Source of the DNA: the human T2T-CHM13v2.0 reference genome, Homo sapiens
Strand: one strand, 5' to 3'
Assembly (NCBI RefSeq): GCF_009914755.1
Contig: NC_060944.1
DNA length: 64,000 bases
This document shows positions 54,521 through 64,000 of this stretch, one piece after another. A model generated the notes under the pieces. That model was not told where the DNA came from. It made no database searches and was given only the letters and a program-made list of their open reading frames with translations. The position numbers and the translations under genes are program-made. Numbering within the stretch: the first letter of the stretch is position 1; each line of letters opens with the position of its first letter.

Positions 54521-55534
54521 ATCTGTTAATTGTGTCATTATAAATTAATTGTAAGATTACAAAAATGGCAAAGGGGAAAATCACACATAGCCCACTTTTT
54601 TTTGTTTTTTGGCAAAATTAAGCAAAATTAGCATGGCCAGATTCACCTACACCAATGCCATCCTGGACTGGATCTTGGACCTTGGACCACCATGCTGGGT
54701 GCTCCCTCAATGCTCCTCCAAACCCATCAGACTCCGGAGTAACTCAGACCCCTGGGCATGTCACCTGGGCAGCCCGAGGCAGAGCACAGCTGCGCTCCCC
54801 ACCCCTCGTGGTCCTCTGCCTGAGATGGCCCCTATCCGAGCAGCTTTGTGGATCTAGAAGTAGAGCCAGCCCTTTCTGGCTGCCACAAAAGGACCTTCCA
54901 AGCACCTTCAAGGCTGACACGAGCCCCCTCCCACCTTGGGATGTGATCCCTGTCCTACCTTCCATTGCTGAGGGCAGAGAACCTCTGAGAGACCAGGAGC
55001 AGGAGGTCAGCCAGCTGCAGTAGCCCCTGAAACCACAGCCCTTCCCTGTGTAGCCCTCACCTCCCATGTTCTGTGGCCAGCAGGGTCTTGGCTCGGTGCA
55101 CTCATGGGCCTCAGGAAGTCAGTCCTGGACTAGACGGAGCCTCACAGATCCACAGGCAGTGTCAGGCTTCGTCTCCCAGTCAGGGCCCAGCCCTGTTTTT
55201 AACTTTCTTTGCTGGAGCTGCATAAATAAATAAACACACGAGTGTGTGGACGGATCCTGCCCTGCTTTGGATTCCTAACCCCAGTTGGTCTGCTCCCGAG
55301 TTGCCAAGATCTGAATAGTTAAGATAAGGGAAATCCTCTGACTCTTCTCATCTGGGCCATTTGCAGGAGGGCAAACGTCCCTCCCTAAAGACAATTATTT
55401 CACAATTTCTTGCATTTGTATTGATTTGTGTATTGGTATCAGCCCCTTGCTAAGCTCTAAGCTCCACAACAAGTAAAGCAATATGTTAACAGTTCATCCC
55501 TCATCCTGATCCTTCCCATTCCATAGGAGAGGTC

Positions 55535-55682
55535 ATTCTTTCTCCAAGAGTGATCTGGGTGCATTAAAAAATGCAGGTTCCCAAATCCCACCCCTAAATG
55601 ATAGAAGTTGGGCCAGGGAATCAGATATCTTTGCTGGCTCTTCAGGTGACTTATGTGCATATCTACCTTTGAAACACTTTGA
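55535..55682. mobile_element. MER5-type hAT-Charlie MITE
   Basis: TTAAAAAATGCAGGTTCCC..GGGCCAGGGAATC..CAGGTGACTTATGTGCA..TTTGAAACACT. Confidence 0.6.
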
Positions 55683-55705
55683 AGTAGATAAGAAACAGAT
55701 CTATG

Positions 55706-55865
55706 CTTTTCTTTTTTTTCTTTTTTTTTTTTTTTTTTTGTATTTTTAGTAGAGACGGGGTTTTGCCGTGTTAGCCAGGATGGTCTCAATCTCCTGACCT
55801 CGTGATCTGCCTGCCTCGGCCTCCCAAAGTGCTGGGATTACAGGCATGAGCCCCCGCGCCCAGCC
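55706..55865 (-). mobile_element. Left-monomer-only AluY with poly(A) tail and TSD
   Basis: Only the left arm is present (CCGTGTTAGCCAGGATGGTCTC..GACCTCGTGATC); TSD AAGAAA(C/T)AGATCTATG at 55690-55705 and 55866-55881. Confidence 0.9.
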
Positions 55866-56052
55866 AAGAAATAGATCTATGTTTTTCTATAGAAGAAAAA
55901 AAGACTGGCCCTTCTCTTTTGGAATTTCAACTGTTTATATTTAATGTAATTAGTCTTATCATTTCATGATAACTTCTTAGGATTTGTTTTCTATTTGCAT
56001 CACCTTTTCTCTTCTTTCCTTGTTTATTTTGCATTAATCAGGTATTTTTTAA

Positions 56053-56406
<354 letters not shown>

Positions 56407-57155
56407 CTATTATTCTTTAGTAAACATCCTACAGATGACAATATATATCTCTGATTTATTGGAGTCTCCGTAAACCACAACATTACTGCTTGGGCAATGG
56501 AAGAGCTTCAGAACTCTCTAAAATCATTTAACCTCCTTCTGACTGTTGTATTATTCTTGTCAAATAATTTAATTCTATATATAAATTTCCACAGCTAATA
56601 GTTACTGCTGTTTTGTATACTCATGGTTAATTTAAATTTCCCAATATATTTGCCCTTTCTATTGCTCTTCATTTTTATTGCATTTTCCATTTAAAATTAT
56701 TTTTCCTTCTAACTGAAGAACTGCACTCAGTATTTATGTGAATGCACATCTGCTGACAATAAATTATCCATTTTTGCTTATATGAAACTATTTATATCAC
56801 TTTCAAAGGATATTTTTTAATAAAATAGAATTTTAGATTGACAGTTGCTTTCTTTCAGCATTTAAATGTATCATTCCATCATCTTCTGGTTTAATTGTTC
56901 CTGTTGGTGAGTTAGCTGTTTTCTTACTGTTTGTCTTTTAATAGTCATATCTGTAGTTCTCAGCAGTTTTACTATAATGTGGCTAGGTATATATTTCTTT
57001 CTCTTTATCTTGCTGGGGTTCTTGATTCTGTGATTCTGTGATTTAATGTTTCATCATCTTTGAAGAATCTTCACTTGAATATCTTCATATAGCACTTCTT
57101 CCTGGCTTTCTCTTTCCATTCTTTTTAGAATTTAAGTTACATATATGTTAGACCG

Positions 57156-57464
57156 TTTTTGTTTTTTGTTTTTTTTTTGAGACGGAGTCTTGCTCTGTTG
57201 CCCAGGCTGTAGTGCAGTGGCGTGATCTCGGCTCACTACAAGCTCCGCCTCCCAGGTTCACGCCATTCTCCTTCCTCAGCCTCCCCAGTAGCTGGGACTA
57301 CAGGCACCCACCACCACGCCCGACTAATTTTTTTTTTGTATTTTTTAGTAGAGACGGGGTTTCACCGTGTTAGCCAGGGTGGTCTCAATCTCCTGACCTC
57401 GTGATCTGCCCGCCTCGGCCTCCCAAAGTGCTGGGATTACATGCGTGAGCCACCGCGCCCGGCC
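57156..57464 (-). mobile_element. AluY
   Basis: CAAGCTCCGCC, TTCACGCCATTCTCC, CCGTGTTAGCCAGG; short TSD TAGACC. Confidence 0.95.
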
Positions 57465-58874
57465 TAGACCTTTATAAAATCATGCTCCCTGTGGTCTAAT
57501 GCTGTTTTGTGCATTTGCAATTCTTTCTGGTCTTCATGTTTTAATATGGTTATTTCCAGCAAACCTGTTTTCTGCTTTGGCTAATCCGCTGTTACACCAA
57601 CTGTGTTTTCACTTACAGTTATTCTACATTTCATTTAGCAACTCTTCAAGTAATTCATTTTTAGATATTCCATTTCTCTAATAAAATTCTCCATCTTTTC
57701 ATCTTTTTATTGAACATGTTAATAATAGATTTAAAAAAAATTATCTGTGATAGTCTCATTAGCCAATCGTCTGTGAGTTTTCCTTGTCTTTTTTTCTTAT
57801 GGTTTTGGTTATTTGGTCTTATTTCTGATACGCCTCATAATGTTTGTATGAATGCGGGGCATTCTTTTTAAATATTGCATCTCTGGATGATGTACCTTTC
57901 CCCAGGGAAGATTTAATGTTTTGTTTTTTTTTTTCCTGACAGCTACTATAGTGAGGCTAGATTACCATAACTGTAAGGATTCAAGGCTGATTTTTCATCT
58001 TTCTGAGATCTGTTTTATTTGGTTTGTTGTTCCTTCCCTAGATCGAGTACTTTGAGGTACTCAACAGAAACCACTGTTTATTTTCCATGGCTCCAATTAT
58101 TTAATGATGAATCCCTGAACTCTAAGTTTTGCTGCTATGGCATCATTATACTGGGGAAAACCTAGCTTTGTTTTTTAGCCTCTCAGCTGCACAGTTTCAG
58201 ATGGGCTTCAAACCTCTCACTCTGTCTCTGTGCAACTTAGGAATGCATAATTGCTGCAAAAGGAAAGTACTGCAGAAAAGCAGACTCACTGCTAGAAGTT
58301 CTATTTTCTTTAAGATCTCGGGGTCTCAGACCCTGGCTTTCTTGGTAGCCCCAAACATCAAGTTTTGTGTCCCCAGAACCATAACTTGCTGAAAAGCTCA
58401 GTTCTTGTGACTCGTAGCTCCCCTTATTTACAAACTGGCAAACTCCCAAAAGGGAAAAGAAGCCGAGAATGTCAGGCTTAGATCAATGCATTTCCCTTCT
58501 CTCTAAGGCCTTGGTCCTTTAAGTCCTGGCAGCCAAAATTCCTCCCTGATACTTTCAAATAGGTCTTTTCCTCAGTATACTGCTAGTTGTTCTATGGGTC
58601 TTTTTGAAAGATGAGATTATCTTTTCGAAACTTGCCATCTCTCAAAACAGATAAGTGCTAAATCACATCAGTTATTAGGGCCTCGTGAATGTCCAAAATG
58701 GAAATATTCCAGAGATGGACAAACACTTAAGAGCACCTATGCAGAGCTCCCATTTATTCAATTTGTAAGTTCTAAGTTTATAGAAAAATATGAATGTTTT
58801 AAATTTTGGTACCTACTTACTCTTGAAACACGGTGCTTGAAAAACATAATCAAAGTTAAGAAATTTGAAGGATT

Positions 58875-59115
58875 GCAGCATGGATGTTAAAGCACAGATT
58901 CTGAGGTCACACTGCTTGGGTCCAAGTCCTGCTTTACTCCTGCCTAGCAGGTGACCTATAGTAAGTTATTTAACCCCTCTTGGTCAGTTTCCCCATCTCT
59001 AAAATGGAAAAGATAAGTATGCCAATCTCAAGGGATGCTGGGAGGATTAGACAAGTTAACATACATGAAACACATAGAACCCAAAATCATGACTGCTAGG
59101 AAAACATTCACTAAA
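58875..59115 (+). mobile_element. MIR
   Basis: GTTAAAGCACAGATTCTGAGG..CAGTTTCCCCATCTCTAAAATGG..GAGGATTA. Confidence 0.85.
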
Positions 59116-59899
59116 CAAATGAACCAAACAGTTTGCTGGACAGAGGCCCTCTCTAAGCTGATTTCAGCCCACAGCCCACCATACTGAAGCCTCTGCCCTG
59201 GTCCAGCCCTCCATGCTCTACAGATAGGGACAAGGGGAGGTATAGAAAGAAGGGGCCTGCTCAGGCATTCGCACAGGTGGTTAGATGTAAAACTGGAGGT
59301 AGGACTGGAATTTTCTTTTGATGCATTTTATCAATTAAATTGTGTGCTCTGTAAGTGAAGTAGCTAATTTCCCTTGAAGGCAGAGGGGTCAAATCTCCCT
59401 CAAACTATAGATAATTCTCTAATTGCTGTGTCTGCCCCAAATCCATTGTGATCATTAGCAGAGACCCTTGTGCTCCGGCTGAGAGAGGAGAGGGAGGCTC
59501 AGGCTCATGATTGCTCATCTAAATGTTTAATAATGCTCCAATCTGCAGATCACTGGGGCATCAAACCTAAATTAGCCTGATACTCAAAGCCACGAATAAT
59601 AAGGGGAATGAAAGGGATAAAGTTTATTTAATGAACATTTCATCAATGCAGATTTCTCATTGAATATTAAGGTTTTGGCTTGAAGACAGCATCAGAGTGG
59701 AGTCTGCTGTGACATTGACCTTTATCCCTCAGAGACACAAGTGCAAAGTCAGGCTGGTTTCACTCTCTGAGTGACAGCATGGTGGATCGTCCTGGCAGTT
59801 ACAGTGAAGGAAGGCCCTGAGCCTGGGGTAGAGCTGGCTCAGCCCCCTTCTTTTCAGGGGGTTTCTCTGCAGGTCCCGGCATCTCTCTCCACCAAGGCT

Positions 59900-60430
59900 G
59901 CCCTTCCCGGACCTCCCACTCCTCATTCAGGAGCTCCTCCCTTCTTCCAGCTGTGCAGCCCAAATCCTGGGAGTCCTCCCTCATCTATGCATGCTGTCCT
60001 CTTACTACTGCTGTTCAATCCATCCACAAGTGCAGTCAGCCTGACCTCTGTGAAGACCTGCTTAGAGGCTCTGGTCATGACAGTGACAGCCAGCGCCCTT
60101 TCAGCGGCATGCAAGGTCACGCACAGATCCAGTTGTGTCCCCTCTGACCTCAGCCCCCAGTGTCCTCCTTGCACATCTTCCTCTAGACACATTGCCCCCT
60201 GCCCCTCAGACACACTACACACACCTGTCCAGGCCCACACTGGCTGTCCCTCTGCCTTGGACCATCTCCCCTAGAATCCATGAGACCTCCATTCCTTCAG
60301 CATCCTTGCCCCATGTCACCTTCTCAAAGGTGCCTCCCTGAGCGCCTGCTTAGACTCCTGCCCATCCCCCTTGTTCCCGTCATCCTCTGCAACTTTCCTC
60401 CTGGGGGTCATCAGCACCTGGCTCCAGACA
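59900..60430 (+). mobile_element. L2 (GC-rich copy)
   Basis: CCCAAATCCTGGGAGTCCTCCCT; GGCTGTCCCTCTGCCTTGGA; ATGTCACCTTCTCAAAGGTGCCTCCCTGA. Confidence 0.6.
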
Positions 60431-60519
60431 TTGCTATTGTTTGAAGTTCATCAGGTGCTCAGCAGCAAGACTGGAGGAAACAGACATGAATAGCAAGGAC
60501 CTGCCAATTTCTAACAATA

Positions 60520-61005
60520 AGTCCACCAGGAGTAGTGTCAGGCCGGGTCTAGGTCCTGGGGACACACCAGAGGGCAAAAGAGCCAGAGTCCCTGCCATCC
60601 TGGGCTGCCCCCCGTGCACCCACGGACCCTGGACCTCCAGCAGGAGGGGGAGGAGCCTCGGCTGCAGACACGGCTCTCAGGGAAGCCCTTTGGCGGAGGG
60701 GCTGTTCGAGTTGAGCTCTAGACAGCAGAACAATCCACCCAAGTGAAGACTGATGAAGAGTGCAAAGAGTCGGAGATTTCCGGAAACGGGGGAGGGCTTT
60801 GCCTCCAGCCAGGGTGACCGAGGAGGACAGTATGAGACGGCAGGGTCGTGTGGCCCGTGTGATGATGCTGGGAGCCGATGCGCATTGATCCGTGCGCCAC
60901 TTTACACGTATGTTCTCTTTTAATCTTCACAGCCACCTGCTAATCTGTTATTAGCCCATTGTACAGATGGGGAGACTGAGAGGTCAGTCTGTGCCCAGCA
61001 TCACA
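60520..61005 (-). mobile_element. L2 fragment followed by MIR
   Basis: CTAGGTCCTGGGGACAC..GTCCCTGCCATCC; CCCATTGTACAGATGGGGAGACTGAG. Confidence 0.6.
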
Positions 61006-61009
61006 TTTC

Positions 61010-61485
61010 TGTACTACTCAGCTGTTGTCACGGTAATACCCCATCACAAACCATCCCAAACTCAGTGACGCACAACCGCCGCCACGTCTCAGCTCCTGGG
61101 GCTGCAGGTCGTCGGGGCTCAGCTGATCTGAGCTGGGGTCCCTTGGGCTTGTTGGGCTCCATCGGGGGACTCTGCTTCCTGCTGAGAGGCACGGGGGCTG
61201 GGCCCCGGGATCAGGTTCCCGTCCACCCTGCGGAGCTCTCCTCAGCCTCAGGGCGGCGGCTCCTCAGGGTCCTTTTGTAGTGAATGACAGAAGCCCAGAA
61301 CCAAACCAGAGCCCCAGGCGCATCCCCAGTCCCCGCCTGCATCAGAACCACAGGGGCTGCATGTCCAGAGCAGGTCACTTTCACTGCACAGGGCAAGGAG
61401 GGGGCCCTGGGACAGCACAGGGCAAGAGAAGGGGGTGTGCCAACCTATAGCAGGGAGTGGACAGCTGGGACCCTGACCTGCTGAG
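61010..61485 (-). mobile_element. MLT1H/G-type MaLR LTR
   Basis: ACAAACCATCCCAAACTCAGTG; CTCAGCTGATCTGAGCTGGG; CCAGAGCAGGTCAC. Confidence 0.55.
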
Positions 61486-61614
61486 CACAGGCAGATGGGG
61501 TGGTGACCAGCTGGGCCCTCACCTGGGCATCGGGCTCTGCACCTTCACCCACATCCGCCCTGTAGCCTCAGTCATGGGAGGGGTTTGGATGCTAATCGGG
61601 GGGTAAGGGGAAGC

Positions 61615-62060
61615 TGTCCTGGGTTGAAGAGTGTCCCCTGCAAGTTCAGGTCCATCCAGAACCTCAGCGTGCATCTTAGTTGGAAACAGGGCCTTTGCAA
61701 ATGTACTTAGTTAGGTAAAACTGAAGCCACACTGGATTACAGTGGGTCCTGGGTGCAGTGATTTGTGTCCTTGTAAGCAGGCCGCGTGAGGACACATGGG
61801 GAGGACATCATGTGACCACAGAGGCAGAGATCAGAGCCAAGCATCTGCCAGCCAAGGATCCCAAGGTTTGCAGGGACCGGGACCGCGGGAGCTTGGGAGG
61901 AGGCGGGGAACAGTTTCTCCCTGGAGCCTCCGGAAGGACTGACCTTGCCAATACCCCGACTCCAGCTTTCTGGCCTCCTGAACTGTAAGGAAAAGTGTTC
62001 TGATGGTTTCAGCCACCAGTTTGTGGTTGTTTGTTAGAGCGGACCCGGGAAGCTAATACA
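61615..62060 (+). mobile_element. MLT1C MaLR solo LTR, full length
   Basis: TGTCCTGGGTTGAAGAGTGTCCCC...GGAAGCTAATACA; perfect 5-bp TSD GAAGC at 61610-61614 and 62061-62065. Confidence 0.92.
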
Positions 62061-62499
62061 GAAGCCGGAGGAAGGGCCTCGGCCGGGAACACACACTCGG
62101 ACTTGTCTTTGGAAAGACCTCAGGCCCCGAGGGCGGTCTGTGAATGTTTCTGTCGGTAAATTAAATTCTTGAGGGTTTTGCCTTGGCTGAGTCCTTGCCT
62201 ATGGCCTCCCAAGAGTTGAAGGTCACATTTGGGGCTCACCCACCTTTCAGCCCCTTCTTATCTCCTCATCCTCAGGGCGGCATTTCTGTTCCTCTGTTAA
62301 TCCAAACAACAGCTCTGTCTCTCATAAATGAGGTTGCCTTCAGTCATTTGCATTTTAACAAATTTGTGCCTTTTGTCCCTATTTTCCTAGGCAATGAGTC
62401 AAAGAGCAGAAGAAGCCCCTTCACCCTCCAGCCACACATCACCCTTACACACACAACAGCACAAAGTGGGGCCCTCTCCCATCAGAGCAGGGAGAAGAC

Positions 62500-62625
62500 C
62501 CTTGGGCCTTGGGATGTGGAGCAAGTCACTTTTTTCTCCTCAGCCTCAGTTTACCCCTTTGCAAATGAATGGGTTTGCCTAAATGGCTTCCAAGGGCTTC
62601 TCCTGAATCCAACATTCTAGGATTC
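62500..62625 (+). mobile_element. MIR3/MIR fragment
   Basis: GCAAGTCACTT..GCCTCAGTTTACCCCTTTGCAAATG..ATTCTAGGATTC. Confidence 0.6.
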
Positions 62626-62879
62626 AAATATTTATTGTAGAATTCTCAGTATTCCATTCTCTGAGTCTTTCCCTCATCCAATTCTTCAGCAAATCCTCAT
62701 GCAGAGCTCACTCTGCCACAGGCCATTTTCTTACTTAGAGCAGGGATCCAGCAGCGAACAGACAGATGAAATTCCACACTCATGTGGGTGACATTCCTGT
62801 GGGTGCAAATGACAATAGCAAAACTGCAAGAGAGGGCATCAATTCCAGATGGTGACAGTCCTGTGCAGGTCACGGGGAC

Positions 62880-63530
62880 ATGGCGTCGGAGTGCAGAGGG
62901 CTTCCTTGGGAAGGTCAGGGGTGTTCTCTGAGTGGGTGACACCTGGGTGAAGAACAAAGGGCAAGAGGGCGCAGGTCAGAGGGCGGCTGTGGGAAGAGCA
63001 TTCCAGGACGCAGGAGCAGCAGGTGCACAGGCCCTGGGGCAGGAGGACTGGGGCGTGGGAGGAGGAGCCAGAGGCCAGTGCGGCTGGGATGGGGGAGTGA
63101 GGGGAGGTGGTGGGAAGTGATCTGGGGAACCAGCAGGACTCTGCTGGGCCTTGTGGGAGGTGATGAGGAGGTGGAGTCTGCTGTTCCCAGTGCAGTGTGA
63201 GCCGCTGAAACATCCGCTCAGGGCCACATGGCCATTTTCAGGAGCTCACTCTGGGTGCGTGTGGAGAGTAGATTTCAGGCGTGGGAAGAGGAGTGGGAGC
63301 AGGAGGTCCCATGGGGGCTGTTGTAATGACCCAGGTGAGGACAGAGGTGCAGACTTTGGGACAGCAGCAGGGTGTGGACAGGAGTGGACAGACGGGGTGC
63401 ATTTTCAATTCAATAGATTCCATGGCAGCTGGAAGATGAGGGAGGGCCTGAGGATGCTGCCTGCTCACTGGCTTGAGGAACCGGGCGTTTGGTGGCGCCA
63501 CCAACTGAAAGGGGACACTGAGTCTTTGGT
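62880..63530 (-). mobile_element. L2
   Basis: GAAGAGCATTCCAGGACGCAGGAGCAGCAGGTGCACAGGCCCTGGGGCAGGA; AGGAGCTCACTCTGGGTGC; AATGACCCAGGTGAG. Confidence 0.8.
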
Positions 63531-64000
63531 GGCTTCATTGAAAACTTGCCAGATATGAAAGCCTGAGACGCTCCGATAACTGAGCCTCCAGGCTGTCCTC
63601 CCAAGGGCCTTCTGGATAGGAGGCCATGGGTACAAAGGAACTGGCATCCTGGTTCCCATGTCCCAGGCCCAACCCAGGGACTGAGCCCCAGGAAGACCAC
63701 AGAGCAGCACAAAGCCCAGATCTGCTGCTGCCTGGGCAGAGCCAAGCCCAGGATTTATGAAGGAAGCTGGCAGGAGCGGAAAAATTCCTTCGAAGATTGC
63801 CTCACTCATCACCATCCTCGGTGGCACCCTCAACCACAGGATGGAGAATCATTAGAAGATGGCAGTCTCATAGGGTCCTTCAAAATTACCACTTGCATTT
63901 GAACAAAGCTGTGCTTTCTTAGCCCCAACCCTCCCCATAAGCCTGGGCTATCAACTGGAGATAAATTTAGCTGCAAAAAAATGTCAAGATTCAGATACCC

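Noticed and set aside
63489-63504. 16-bp palindrome TTGGTGGCGCCACCAA
   Set aside because: Inside an L2 relic; about one such palindrome is expected by chance in a window this size; not a full CTCF motif.

Overview
This window is primate (probably human) non-coding genomic DNA. I cannot identify the locus from sequence alone. I found no credible protein-coding exon, tRNA, rRNA or CRISPR array. The supplied ORFs are short chance frames, many of them read through Alu, L2 or LTR sequence. The window is dominated by transposon relics: about 16 Alu elements or fragments (J, S and Y types, one FRAM, one left-monomer-only AluY); many MIR and L2 pieces; old L1M fragments (about 41-58.6 kb); MaLR LTRs (MST, MLT1); ERV1 solo LTRs (two MER41, one LTR27/28-like, one unassigned); ERVL LTRs; and DNA transposons (MER91, MER81, MER47A, MER2, MER94, MER117, MER5, a hAT-Charlie remnant). 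Family names come from recalled consensus sequences, not a database search, and boundaries of old elements are approximate. I see no new gene system. The most notable structures not explained by ordinary repeat annotation are: (1) a 156-nt near-perfect fold-back hairpin at 29690-29845 that I could not assign to a known repeat; (2) a complex repair-like scar in an ERV1 LTR, where a short fold-back is followed by a 109-bp copy of sequence 1.2 kb downstream; (3) a TSD-flanked monomeric AluY; (4) a perfect nested tandem duplication at 19473-19553; (5) a head-to-head MER41 pair; and (6) several repeat-free, motif-rich candidate enhancers.
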